The notes below the pieces were generated by a model that was given only the letters and a program-made list of their open reading frames with translations, did not search any database and had not been told where the DNA came from. A DNA stretch of 64,000 bases from contig CAWCYD010000003.1 of assembly GCA_963799775.1 (NCBI GenBank), positions 1,792,001 to 1,856,000 on the forward strand, in the 5' to 3' direction. This document shows, one piece after another, positions 1 to 9,806 of the stretch. This stretch comes from an uncultured archaeon (lineage in GTDB: Archaea > Thermoproteota > Nitrososphaeria > Nitrososphaerales > Gagatemarchaeaceae). Position 1 is the first letter of the stretch. Each line of letters opens with the position of its first letter. The position numbers and the translations under genes were made by a program.

Positions 1-397
1 GACCAGCAGCTCGAGGCTCCACGCGAGGAAGGCGCCGAGGACGAATCCGTTGAGGCTGTGCTGGTTGTTGTGTGTCAACCAGGAGACAAGCGAGCCGCTC
101 GTGGCGGGAATGGCCCAAAGGATGTTTGCCGCGAATGTCAGGCCGAACATCCTTCGGAGTGAGATGATCGAGTCGCGGTCAACGGCCTTCATGACGAATG
201 TGACAAGGGCCGAGGTGACGACGATCGCGATGAAGACGAGGACGGCCGCGGCGACGGGCAATCCGTCCAGCGCAATCAGGGGAAAGACGAGGAGAGCGCT
301 CGAGAGCGCCACAAGGCCAGAGAGCGCGGAGAACGACGGGAGGACGAACAGATGCCGGTAGCGGCGTGCTAGCTGTTCAGTTGCAGAGCCATACAGG
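1..397 (-). CDS. DUF2070-like membrane protein, N-terminal part (runs off window; start uncertain)
   Basis: Manual minus-strand translation: GSATEQLARRYRHLFVLPSFSALSGLVALSSALLVFPLIAL..., multiple hydrophobic helices; lies downstream of Sec61beta. Confidence 0.55.
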
Positions 398-403
398 TGA
401 AAT

Positions 404-616
404 CTACCCGAATAATAGAGCGAGGAAGGCCGCTGCCGGCGTCGTGGTGGCCGGAGGAGCGGGGAATATCTGGTTCATGAGTATGGAGGCGATGACGAGC
501 GAGATCGCTGCGATGAGGACGATCTCTGGTTTTATCTTGACCCCCTCGGTCTCATCCTCGAAGAACCTGAGCAACCCTGCGCTGGACGCAGGTAGTTGGT
601 TTCCCTTCTTGCTCAT
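404..616 (-). CDS. secG: Preprotein translocase subunit Sec61beta/SecG
   Basis: MSKKGNQLPASSAGLLRFFEDETEGVKIKPEIVL: archaeal Sec61beta AGL.RFF motif plus one TM helix; ATG at 616. Confidence 0.85.
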   Translation of the reverse strand: MSKKGNQLPASSAGLLRFFEDETEGVKIKPEIVLIAAISLVIASILMNQIFPAPPATTTPAAAFLALLFG

Positions 617-724
617 CGTAATTCGTTCTCCGCCGAGGCGTCGCCCCTTTAAAAGGTGTCGCGAGTGTTTGCGTAACGCGGCCCGCGCAAAACAATAATT
701 ACTGACGAGGGCCGAATAAGCGTC

Positions 725-2020
725 GTGAAGAATCAATACAGCAAGGTGATTGCGCTTGTCAAGCAGCACGAGAAGTGGTTCTCCGAGAGTCTGCCTCTCG
801 TCGCAAGCGAGAACGTCGCTTCGCGCCCTGTAAGGCAGGTTCTCGCCTCTGACCTGGGGCACAGGTATGCGGAAGGTTGGCCTGGTGAGCGCGTCTACGC
901 GGGCTGCAAGTTCATAGACCAGATCGAGCTGGAGGCCATGGGTCTCGCAAAGTCTCTCTTCAACGCGGAGTTCGCAGACGTCCGCCCTGTCTCTGGGGCC
1001 TGCGCGAACCTCGCGGTCTACTCTGCGCTCTCGGACCCTGGAGACACGATGATGGCGCTCTCAATCCCGAACGGTGGGCACATCTCCGCCGGGAAGAAGG
1101 AGTTCTCCGGAACAGCGGGTCTGGTCCACGGGCTGGACATCGAATACTTTGTCTTCGACAAGGAGAACATGAACATAGACGTGGACGAGACCAAGAAGAA
1201 GCTGAAGTCGATCAGCTCGGGAGGAAAGAAGTTGAAGATAGTGATGTTCGGGGGGAGCCTGTTCCTCTTCCCCCATCCCGTCAAGGAGCTCGCGGACGCG
1301 GTGCTCGAGGTCGGCGCTATTCCCTGCTATGATGCCGCCCATGTCGCGGGCCTGATTGCGGGCGGGCAGTTTCAGGCACCTCTCGGCGAAGGGGCCCATG
1401 TGATGACCTTCAGCACGCATAAGACGCTCTTCGGTCCGCAGGGAGGGGTGATTGTCTCGAAGGCTCAATACGGAGACGCCCTGAAGAAGTCCGTTTTCCC
1501 GGGAACTTCGAGCAACCACCATCTCCACAACGTGGCCGCGAAGGCCCTGACTTTCGCAGAGTTCCTGAAGTTCGGGGACGCGTACGCAAAAGCTGTGGTC
1601 TCTAACGCGAAGGTGTTGGCCGAGAGCCTAGCAGCGAAGGGAGAGAACGTGCTTGGGGAGAACCATGGGTATACGAGCTCGCACCAAGTAGCCATGGACG
1701 TGACAAGATATGGGGACGGCGGCAAGGTGGAAAAGAAGCTCGAGGACATGAACATCATCGCGAACCGCCAGCTGCTCCCTGGCGACCTCCAGGCTGGAAG
1801 GCACTACACGAACCCTGGCGGGATAAGGGTGGGAGTCTCCGAGCTAACCAGGTTGGGGATGGGGAAGAGCGAGATGAAGGAGGTGGCCGACATAATGCAC
1901 GTGGCACTGACCACCGACAAGGTCGAACTGGTGAAGAAGCGAGTGCGCTCGTTGCGCAGGCTCCACCAGCACGTGAAGTATTCCTTCGAGACCAACTCGC
2001 CGGCGTACTTTTACCGCTAG
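725..2020 (+). CDS. glyA: Serine hydroxymethyltransferase
   Basis: LVASEN, YAEGWPGERVYAGC, DAAHVAGL and the PLP lysine motif STHKTLFGPQGG. Confidence 0.97.
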   Translation: MKNQYSKVIALVKQHEKWFSESLPLVASENVASRPVRQVLASDLGHRYAEGWPGERVYAGCKFIDQIELEAMGLAKSLFNAEFADVRPVSGACANLAVYSALSDPGDTMMALSIPNGGHISAGKKEFSGTAGLVHGLDIEYFVFDKENMNIDVDETKKKLKSISSGGKKLKIVMFGGSLFLFPHPVKELADAVLEVGAIPCYDAAHVAGLIAGGQFQAPLGEGAHVMTFSTHKTLFGPQGGVIVSKAQYGDALKKSVFPGTSSNHHLHNVAAKALTFAEFLKFGDAYAKAVVSNAKVLAESLAAKGENVLGENHGYTSSHQVAMDVTRYGDGGKVEKKLEDMNIIANRQLLPGDLQAGRHYTNPGGIRVGVSELTRLGMGKSEMKEVADIMHVALTTDKVELVKKRVRSLRRLHQHVKYSFETNSPAYFYR

Positions 2021-5000
2021 GCGTGCGAGTCGAGGACGAGCTTGCCCTCAGGCTCCGCTTCGGAGCCTGCGAAATCAGCGAGCTCTGATTGGGTGCTCTT
2101 CTCGCGGGCGGGGAAGAGCTGGTCCATCTCCCTGACGAGAAGGTCGAGCCTTTCCTTGATGTAGGGGTCGACGTCGTAGTCGTGCGCCAGCCGCCTTGCG
2201 ATTGCGAGATATTTTTCGACGGAGCCTCTCGTCAGCGTCTCCCTGAGTTCTCCTCCGCAGACTTCGCACCGCGCGGAGACGGTGGGCCTGCGCAGCGTCT
2301 TGCCGCAGCCTCTGCACTTGAACGACTGGGTCGAGTACTTCTTCATGTTCCCCATTATGTCTCTGATGAGGTGCGTTTTGATTATCGATTCGACGACCTG
2401 CTTCGCGGAGACGGCCTGAATCTTCTCGGCGACCTCGACCTGCTTTGCTATCTTGTCGGACAAGGTCATCAGCGTGGAGTAGGCGCTCCTCGGCGACCTT
2501 ATCGTGATCGAGCTCGTCGCGTGAGTGTAGCCGTAGTTGTAGAACTGGTTGGGCTTGTTTACCCTGTCGCGGATGGTCTCGATCAGGCCAGAGGCCTTGG
2601 AGGCGTTCGGAGAGGATGTCGTCAACTCGTAGAACGCGAGCGGATAACTCCAGGCCACGTCGAAGTTGTGGGCCTGGTCGTCCACTTCTGCAGGGAGTAT
2701 GATTGGCTGGATGAGCAGCGGCGTGTCCATCAGGCCCCCAATCTGCGTGGGGATGTACTCGACGGAGAAGTTGAGGAATATGTCGAGGAGCAGCAGCACA
2801 GAGTCGCCGTCTCCGTCGCAGTCCCTCCTCTTGGCAGAATGCCAGCATGGGTTCGCGAAGCAGACCTGGGCGTTGGAGAACCCTATGATTCTCCCGACGA
2901 CGCCGACGGAGGTGTGGGGAGCAAGGCCCACGGCGACCCGGCCCCTCAAATCGTCTACCGTCTTGGCGTTGTAGAAGCGTGGGAGCCCGTAGACAGTCTC
3001 CAGCTCGTCGTCCACGAACCCGGCGACCTGGAGGAGGTCGCGCGCCGTGCCCTCGGGGATTACGATGTCCTGAGGTTTCAGCGCCACCGTCTGCTCAGGG
3101 TCAGTGAGGGGCTTGCCTTCATGGTCGGACTCGTATCCCAACCTGCGCAGCGTGTCAAGATCCGTGTGGATGTTGCTCGGCCGGAAGTGTGTGAGCGGGG
3201 CGTTGGTGATGTCCACTCGGGCCGTGCCGTCCTTGTAGACGTAGATTTCGTGCTTGCTGCGGAGGGCCCCTTTCTCGATAGGCTCCGCGTACCTCGAGCT
3301 GCTCGAGAGGCCCCGCACGCCCTTGATGGGAGAGTGCGCAGCCTCGGGCACTTTCCGCTGGACCGCATCCATCACCTCCCTGATGTCGAGGTTGTAGTAG
3401 GAGTGGGTGAGGCCCTCGACCCTGCACCGGGGACAGGTCTGTCCCTCCTCGGCGTTTATGACTTGGCTGCAGCGCGGGCATGAGAGGAAGCGGATGGTCG
3501 CCTCGCCGCATTCGCCGCACCTGCTCGCCAGCTTCCGTTTCCCGCATGACGGGCACAATATGTTGACCATGTCCACTTTCATGCTCCCGTGCTTGGCTGC
3601 TGCGAACAGATCCCGGGTGGCCCCGCCCGCCGCCCCGACCGGGAACAAGACGTGGACGGGCGGCTTCATGTGCCTGAGCATCGCCTTCTCGGGCCTCCCC
3701 ACCCTCATGCCCACCGTGGCCGTGGTCTGTCTACCGACCCGTATGCCGGAGAGACTGTAGACCAACTCGAGCGTCTCGTCAGGGCCTGACTGTGATTCTG
3801 GTAGCGAATCGAGCTTCTTGCCGAGGGGTAGCAGTGCTTTGATGATGGTGGCCCATTCTCCAGAGATTATAGCAAGGTCTTTCCCGCGGTCATAGGGGAT
3901 TAGTAGTTCTTGCAGCATGGATTCGGTGTGATGTGATGTGATATTCACCTCTATGTCACGTTCAGAGATTTTCATCGTTTCCCTCAGCTGCATCACATCC
4001 CCGGCTTCGAGCCTGTCGAACCTTGGCGTGTGGGAGGGATGGAGAGGAATTCCTAGTTGTCTCGAGATGTCGAGGGCTTCAAGAGCGGTTGGGGTGGCCC
4101 CTCCTTGAATTTCCTTCATCCTGGCAGGTTGCATGCCATCGAGAACGTCGTTTTCGCCAGCGGAACGTAGCGCGTTTGGGAGGTCTTCGAGCCACCATTC
4201 CACCACATAAGGTGAGGGTCCCAGGGTCTTATTGTTCTCAAGGAAGTCACCGTAGCTGACGAGCGCGTCCCCCATGTCAAGTATGATCTCCAAGGAGTCG
4301 TGGTATTGTTCGGCTTCCGCCAGAGTGTTGACCCGCCTAACGGACCCGTCTTTCAGACGGATTGTGGGGCCTTCGATGGAGTCGACGAAGGCTATCGTCG
4401 CAGCCTTCCCTGGGACGTCGACCTTGACTTGGGTGCCGACGACCACGCAGTTGTCGAGCAACGCGGGAATCGCAGGATGGATGCCGACCGTGGAGAGGCC
4501 CGTGTTCATGGCCCTTCCATAGCGGATTCTGAGGCCTCCTCTGACGCCAGGAGAGGAGATGACCGGTCGCCCTGAGATCACCTCCTCAAAGTGGGCGCCG
4601 ACCTTCTCGGTCTCGGACGCCGACTGTTGCTTACCGCCCTTCAGCTCGGGCAGCCAGTCCCAGCCGTTCAGTTGGAGCTCCTTGAGGATTTTGCTGAGCT
4701 TGTGCGCCCTGCCGATGACCCCGTCGTTGAGGACCCTGAGCGCGCCTCCTCTGACCCTGTCCGTCGAGACCCTCTTGAGGTTCCTGTGCACCACGACCTC
4801 GAACGGGTCTGTCTCTACCCCGTCAATCTCTACCGGCAGGTTGGAGAGCGCCACCCTGACGTCGGAATCCGAGACCCGGTACTGGAAGTTCCCTACTTCG
4901 CGTTCGTAGACCCTGAGTTCCTCGATGTATCTGGCAATCTCTTCCTCGCGGGCCCGGTATGGAGAGAGCCCTAGCTTCTTCGCGACGACATCCGCAATCA

Positions 5001-5523
5001 GCACGGAAAACGCGGCCTCGGTCCCGCCTGCAGATCGCATCGGTCCCGCGTATGAGATCGAGGCGTACTCGCTGTTGTCGTCGTTCTTCTTGATCACGAC
5101 GGTGGAGATGCCTTGGATTGGAGCCACTGTCACCCCGTCCGTGATGACTGCGAGGCCTGTCCTCACCGCGTATTGGAGGGCCTGGTCCTTGCTCATCGCG
5201 CCGAACTTTCCGAGCGCTATCTCCTCGGCTATGGCTAGGGTCGCCTTCTCCTTCGTCGTGGTGTGGAGAAGGTGGCGAAGCCTCTCGGCAAGGCCTTCGA
5301 ACTGGGAGAGGCCGAGCATCTCGTTGACCCGGTCGGCTAGATCGAAGACGGTCTTGGACTCGACTACGTCGTTGGGATCGAGACCCCTGGACTTCGCCTC
5401 CTCGGCGATGTTGTAGGCGGACTCGTATTGCTTGAGTATGTCGCCGTAGTAGGCGTCAAGGTCGTGCGGGAAGGTGGTCAGGTTCCTGCTGTGGTCCCAA
5501 GCCGAGTCGGCCTTGAAAGGCAA
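2017..5523 (-). CDS. polC: DNA polymerase D large subunit (DP2)
   Basis: YAGPMRSAGGT, KRRDCDGDGD catalytic motif, RVGRPEKA, C-terminal Zn fingers; no intein seen. Confidence 0.97.
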   Translation of the reverse strand: MPFKADSAWDHSRNLTTFPHDLDAYYGDILKQYESAYNIAEEAKSRGLDPNDVVESKTVFDLADRVNEMLGLSQFEGLAERLRHLLHTTTKEKATLAIAEEIALGKFGAMSKDQALQYAVRTGLAVITDGVTVAPIQGISTVVIKKNDDNSEYASISYAGPMRSAGGTEAAFSVLIADVVAKKLGLSPYRAREEEIARYIEELRVYEREVGNFQYRVSDSDVRVALSNLPVEIDGVETDPFEVVVHRNLKRVSTDRVRGGALRVLNDGVIGRAHKLSKILKELQLNGWDWLPELKGGKQQSASETEKVGAHFEEVISGRPVISSPGVRGGLRIRYGRAMNTGLSTVGIHPAIPALLDNCVVVGTQVKVDVPGKAATIAFVDSIEGPTIRLKDGSVRRVNTLAEAEQYHDSLEIILDMGDALVSYGDFLENNKTLGPSPYVVEWWLEDLPNALRSAGENDVLDGMQPARMKEIQGGATPTALEALDISRQLGIPLHPSHTPRFDRLEAGDVMQLRETMKISERDIEVNITSHHTESMLQELLIPYDRGKDLAIISGEWATIIKALLPLGKKLDSLPESQSGPDETLELVYSLSGIRVGRQTTATVGMRVGRPEKAMLRHMKPPVHVLFPVGAAGGATRDLFAAAKHGSMKVDMVNILCPSCGKRKLASRCGECGEATIRFLSCPRCSQVINAEEGQTCPRCRVEGLTHSYYNLDIREVMDAVQRKVPEAAHSPIKGVRGLSSSSRYAEPIEKGALRSKHEIYVYKDGTARVDITNAPLTHFRPSNIHTDLDTLRRLGYESDHEGKPLTDPEQTVALKPQDIVIPEGTARDLLQVAGFVDDELETVYGLPRFYNAKTVDDLRGRVAVGLAPHTSVGVVGRIIGFSNAQVCFANPCWHSAKRRDCDGDGDSVLLLLDIFLNFSVEYIPTQIGGLMDTPLLIQPIILPAEVDDQAHNFDVAWSYPLAFYELTTSSPNASKASGLIETIRDRVNKPNQFYNYGYTHATSSITIRSPRSAYSTLMTLSDKIAKQVEVAEKIQAVSAKQVVESIIKTHLIRDIMGNMKKYSTQSFKCRGCGKTLRRPTVSARCEVCGGELRETLTRGSVEKYLAIARRLAHDYDVDPYIKERLDLLVREMDQLFPAREKSTQSELADFAGSEAEPEGKLVLDSHA

Positions 5524-5541
5524 GGATTATTGGTTTCGGAG

Positions 5542-6315
5542 TCAGCGCTTGACCTTAAGCTTGTCTCTGAGCGCCTTGGCTATCGGCGAGATTTTTGTCT
5601 GGAAGCCCTTTGCTTCCAAGAGGTTCCCTATCACGAGCAGGTCAGCCCCTGCGCGGGAAAGAGTCACCGCAGTCTCGGGACTCGTGATCCCCCCGCCGAC
5701 GATTAAGAGGCCTTTGAATCGCTTCCTCACGGCGGACACGACCTCGGGAGGCATGGAGTGGTTCGATCCACTGCCGGCCTCCAAGTAAAGCACCCTCATG
5801 CCAAGATATTGGGCTGCAAGCGAGTACATGACGGCTATCGCAGGCTTGGAGTACGGGACAGACCTCACCTGACCGATGAAACTCGTCGTGCTCTCGTCCC
5901 CGAAGACGAGATAGCCCATCGGGATGGCCTCGAGGCGGTAGCGATTGACCTGTATAGCGCCTATCGCCTGGGCTCCGATTATGAAATACGTGTTCGTGGA
6001 GTTCAGAAGCGAACTGAAGAGTATCGCATCCGCGTGACGTGATATGCCTGTGACGTTACCTGGAAACAGTATCACCGGACATGTGACGCTACGCTTCACA
6101 GCCTGCACCACGTCATCAAGGTGTGTTTGGTCGCCAAGGGTAGATCCGCCGATGAAGACGCAGTCGAATCCTAGCTTCTCGGTCTTCCTCGCTACCTCCG
6201 CTGCGCGACGCTCGTCGAAATTATCAGGATCGATTAGTGCGGCGAGGCCGGTATGACCGTGCTTCTGTGAGGTGAGACGCCTTTCTATTGGACCTACTAG
6301 GCCCAACTCAGCCAC
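5542..6315 (-). CDS. Geranylgeranylglyceryl phosphate synthase (PcrB family)
   Basis: LIDPD, FIGGS, LFPG, YLEAGSG, VGGGI motifs. Confidence 0.93.
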   Translation of the reverse strand: MAELGLVGPIERRLTSQKHGHTGLAALIDPDNFDERRAAEVARKTEKLGFDCVFIGGSTLGDQTHLDDVVQAVKRSVTCPVILFPGNVTGISRHADAILFSSLLNSTNTYFIIGAQAIGAIQVNRYRLEAIPMGYLVFGDESTTSFIGQVRSVPYSKPAIAVMYSLAAQYLGMRVLYLEAGSGSNHSMPPEVVSAVRKRFKGLLIVGGGITSPETAVTLSRAGADLLVIGNLLEAKGFQTKISPIAKALRDKLKVKR

Positions 6316-6565
6316 CAGATTTTACAAAGTCGTCTACGAACATGTTGTAGACGTCGATGTCTGGTCTTTCGGTGGTGAACCTGTATTCTTTGCGTGTGGG
6401 TGGGTTCGTGCAGTGTCCACAAGCCACGATCGTCACATAATCATGTGATGTCTCATCTAATTGTGATGTGATGCGAACAGCCACCATGCCACAGCGAGGA
6501 CAGCTGAAGACCTTCGGCAGGCTCCTGTGGGTCTGTCTCAATACTTTTCGGCGTCTTCTTCCCAT
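6308..6565 (-). CDS. elf1: Transcription elongation factor Elf1-like Zn-ribbon protein
   Basis: MGRRRRK...LPKVFSCPRCG...CGHC...IDVYNMFVD. Confidence 0.85.
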   Translation of the reverse strand: MGRRRRKVLRQTHRSLPKVFSCPRCGMVAVRITSQLDETSHDYVTIVACGHCTNPPTRKEYRFTTERPDIDVYNMFVDDFVKSGG

Positions 6566-6733
6566 GTCGTCATGAGCCCCCCGACACCTGCATAAATCTT
6601 ATTCTGAACTCGGACGACCTGTTTGGACGGATTCTCGTTCTAAAGGTCAAAATATTACATTTCTTGTGAGATTACCTCTTCGAATATGTGTTTGTTTTGA
6701 AATGTGTACAATAATTCTTAATACAGGATTGTA

Positions 6734-7111
6734 TTGCGTGAGAAGCCATTGAGACATGCGCCTGAAGCTATTTCGGATCTCTCATCCCTGACGCGAGTTC
6801 AGGTAGAGACGATAAAATTACAACGGGCGGTCGCAAACTCTGAAATTAATGTGAAAGATGCACTGAAGAAAAGAAAAGATTCTGGTATCAGCAGGGGTAC
6901 GCATTATAGGATTCTCGCCCAAGCGAAAAACAATGTCCTAAAGTCGCTATTCACGGTCGCTGTGGCCCTTCAACTGGGTTTGGTGCGGCTCGAAGAAGTG
7001 CAGAAGCTCTTCGCGAGCGTCAGCATGATACCTGCCGATGTCGATCCTGAGAAGATGGGTGAGATTCTCGAGCTCGTCCGCGTCATGGCGAATCGCATCG
7101 TGATGATATGA
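6734..7111 (+). CDS. Hypothetical protein, possible HTH
   Basis: SLTRVQ...GISRGTHYRILAQAKNN resembles an HTH recognition helix; AT-rich promoter region upstream. Confidence 0.55.
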   Translation: MREKPLRHAPEAISDLSSLTRVQVETIKLQRAVANSEINVKDALKKRKDSGISRGTHYRILAQAKNNVLKSLFTVAVALQLGLVRLEEVQKLFASVSMIPADVDPEKMGEILELVRVMANRIVMI

Positions 7112-7150
7112 TGTCATATCAAGCTTATATCATGTAGCGTCACACCGGTT

Positions 7151-7714
7151 GTGATACGCATGTCAGAGGATTACCTTCTTGCGATCTCCGCAGCCGTCCT
7201 GGTTGCTTCCGTTGTGATTCTTGCAAGTTTCTTGGTGAGGTATAGGAGCTTGGTCCAGGAGTCAGCCGAGTCGACTACCCTGGCCAAGAATGTGTGGGAC
7301 TCTATGAACTCGAGATTCTCCGTTGTAGACACTCGAATAATAGATTTGATGGCAAAGACGGAGGTGCTTTCAGCCAAATTGGGTATGGGGTCGGTTGCGC
7401 CTAGAGCTAGGCAGGTTCAAGCGTCTCCTACCCAGGCAGAAGCGAGCAGACCTGCAGAAATAGCGAGAAGGGTTGTTGTGCCTCTGGCCGTAATAACGGG
7501 TGAAGGGACTGAGACCGAGTCAAGGGTCTTACAGCTGCTCGCTGGCGGGCCCAAGACCTCTGCCGAGATCAAGGAGCAGGTCGGAAGGTCTCGAGAACAC
7601 ACCGCGCGCCTGATGAAGGCTCTGTTCGATAGGGGCCTTGTGGTCAGGAACGACAGACACAAGCCGTATGTCTATGAGATTACCGACCAGGGCAGGACTT
7701 ACGTAGCCAGCTGA
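7151..7714 (+). CDS. Membrane-anchored winged-helix protein
   Basis: N-terminal TM helix, helical segment, low-complexity linker, C-terminal wHTH (KTSAEIKEQVGRSREHTARLMKALFDRGLV...YEITDQG). Confidence 0.75.
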   Translation: MIRMSEDYLLAISAAVLVASVVILASFLVRYRSLVQESAESTTLAKNVWDSMNSRFSVVDTRIIDLMAKTEVLSAKLGMGSVAPRARQVQASPTQAEASRPAEIARRVVVPLAVITGEGTETESRVLQLLAGGPKTSAEIKEQVGRSREHTARLMKALFDRGLVVRNDRHKPYVYEITDQGRTYVAS

Positions 7715-8100
7715 TCCTTGGGCAGGTGTGACACCCTGTAGACCCAAGAGTTTCCAAACTTCTGACGGTTGAGGACGCCTCTATCGGCGAGTCTTGAGAG
7801 GTAAGTCGAGACTGTGCTAAGAGGTATGGGCGTCGCATTCAGGTCTTCGTAGTCACGTGCGATATCCGCCGAGGAGAACTCCTTGGCGGTGTACGAGGAC
7901 TGGATGAGCTTGAGGATTTTGCCGTATGTGGACGACTCGTTCGGGGACACAGTTTGTTGAGCTCGGTGGTCTGCGGATCCTAAGAGGTCGAGCAGCTCCA
8001 TCATCCGCATGACCTTCTCCTGAGAGAACCTGCCCTGGAGCGCTAATGAGTATGTGGTACCCTCTTCGTCAGTAATCTCGACCTTTACCTTCTTCCGCAA
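7699..8100 (-). CDS. Winged-helix DNA-binding protein adjacent to oriC
   Basis: Likely TTG start at 8100; FSSADIARDY...LSTVSTYLSRLADRGVL wHTH. Confidence 0.7.
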   Translation of the reverse strand: MRKKVKVEITDEEGTTYSLALQGRFSQEKVMRMMELLDLLGSADHRAQQTVSPNESSTYGKILKLIQSSYTAKEFSSADIARDYEDLNATPIPLSTVSTYLSRLADRGVLNRQKFGNSWVYRVSHLPKDQLAT

Positions 8101-8246
8101 GGCCCGAACGGGATGGCGGGCCTCATAAAACGAGTAATGGTGTGAAGTTGTGAACTGGGTGCAAAGAAAGCTTGACAGGTCTGTGAGACGCCGAACCCTC
8201 TTCACAGAACTTCACATAGCCGGCCGAGCATATGTTCGTAATAGTG

Positions 8247-8605
8247 GTTCCAGTGGAAACAAAGGGGTCCAATCAGGCCTTGTTTGTGTGAACGAGGATG
8301 GAGCCAGCTCGTTTGCTATGTCTCGCCATCGTGAGTCCTGGTTGGCAGTCGGGTTCACACGTGATTCACATTCGAGAGGGACCCGTGGGTTTCCAGTGGA
8401 GAAAGAGATCGAGCGTGGGAAGGCGCTCGTTTGACTAGCCGCGCAGTAATTGTCGTTCTTACTAGTCAATCGATGAAATTAATCGGCAAACCGAACCAAG
8501 AGCGAGCATCTTCTTCGCTAAGATAAGACACAACAAGCATCTTCTTCTTGGCTTGCAGTGGAAACGGAGGGGCCTACCGGTTTAATTAAACCAATATTTC
8601 CACTG
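8247..8605. promoter_or_regulatory. Replication origin (oriC) with ORB elements
   Basis: GTTCCAGTGGAAACAAAGGGG (8247-8267), TTCCAGTGGAGAAAG (8391-8405), TTGCAGTGGAAACGGAGGGG (8553-8572) and inverted TTTCCACTG (8597-8605) match the archaeal ORB consensus; directly upstream of cdc6. Confidence 0.9.
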
Positions 8606-8612
8606 ATGCGTC

Positions 8613-9806
8613 GTGCCGGACTCGATCGACGAAATCTTCCAGAGAGCTAAACAAGGCCGCGCCCTCTTCAAGAACCGAGAGGCCCTCTCGACCGAGTTCG
8701 TGCCAGAGAAGCTTCCTTTCCGGGAGAACCAAATCAGACAGATAGCCCAAATCTTGGCGCCCGCTCTGCACGGCTCAAAGCCCTCCAACCTCCTCTTGTA
8801 CGGGAAGACAGGCACGGGGAAGACAGCTGTCGCCAGACTTGTCGTGGACAAACTACAGGCCCAGGATACGTCCAAGCAGATCGTGACCTGCTACATCAAC
8901 ACCAGGATCGCGAGCACGGAGTACAGGACCCTTTCAAAGATAGCCGAGTCCCTCCCCCTCTCTCCGGACAAGAAGATACCTGGGACGGGCCTCTCTATCG
9001 GCACCGTCCTGGACAGAATCTTCACTACAATCAAGGAAAACAAGGCCCACCTCATCATAGTCCTCGACGAGATAGACTACCTCGTCAACACGTACGGGGA
9101 CGACGTCCTCTATCAGCTTACACGGGCAGGAGAGCAGGTGGAACCCGGCTTCTTCACCATAGTGGGAATCTCGAACGACCTGACGTTCAAGGACGACCTC
9201 GACCCCCGCGTCCTCAGCAGCATGGGCGAAGAGGAGCTGGTCTTCCCGCCTTACACCACTGACGAGCTCCGCACAATTCTGGCCGACCGCGCCAGGATAG
9301 CCTTCAGGCCAGGGGTCGTGCCCGACGCGGTCCTCAATCTTTGCGCTGCCATGGCGGGCTCTGAACACGGAGACGCGAGGCGCGCAGTCGACCTCCTGCG
9401 CGTGGCCGGCGAGATCGCGGAGCGCGAAGGCATACTCGAGGTCACGGAGGAATGCATCCGCAAGGCCTCAGAGAGGGTCGAGAGCAACAGGGTCGAGGAC
9501 GCGCTCCGTTCCTTGCCCATCCAGAACAAGCTCATCCTCCTCACCGCCTCAAGGTTCCTGCACGGGACGAACACAGGCGACCTCTACATGGCCTACGAGG
9601 GCCTCGCCCGACGAGCCGGCGTCGACGCTCTGACTCAGAGAAGGGTCAGCGGCATCCTCGCCGAGCTAGACCTGCTGGGCCTGCTCGACGCCGCGGTCGT
9701 CAGCAAAGGGAGGAGAGGAAGGACCAAGAGGATCCGGCTTGTCATACAGAACGAGACCCTCAACAAGGTCATGGCGGAAGACTCGCAGCTCCTAGGCCTG
9801 CTCTGA
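8613..9806 (+). CDS. cdc6: Orc1/Cdc6 replication initiator
   Basis: Walker A GKTGTGKT, Walker B VLDEID, GDARRAVDLL, C-terminal wHTH. Confidence 0.97.
   Translation: MPDSIDEIFQRAKQGRALFKNREALSTEFVPEKLPFRENQIRQIAQILAPALHGSKPSNLLLYGKTGTGKTAVARLVVDKLQAQDTSKQIVTCYINTRIASTEYRTLSKIAESLPLSPDKKIPGTGLSIGTVLDRIFTTIKENKAHLIIVLDEIDYLVNTYGDDVLYQLTRAGEQVEPGFFTIVGISNDLTFKDDLDPRVLSSMGEEELVFPPYTTDELRTILADRARIAFRPGVVPDAVLNLCAAMAGSEHGDARRAVDLLRVAGEIAEREGILEVTEECIRKASERVESNRVEDALRSLPIQNKLILLTASRFLHGTNTGDLYMAYEGLARRAGVDALTQRRVSGILAELDLLGLLDAAVVSKGRRGRTKRIRLVIQNETLNKVMAEDSQLLGLL

Noticed and set aside
2089-3483. 464-aa plus-strand ORF and similar long shadow ORFs (e.g. 27225-28076, 57144-57827)
   Set aside because: They are antisense to well-supported genes and expected from GC-rich codon bias; no motifs.
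3780-4260. Intein in DP2
   Set aside because: The lower-GC segment lacks splicing motifs and the protein length is normal.
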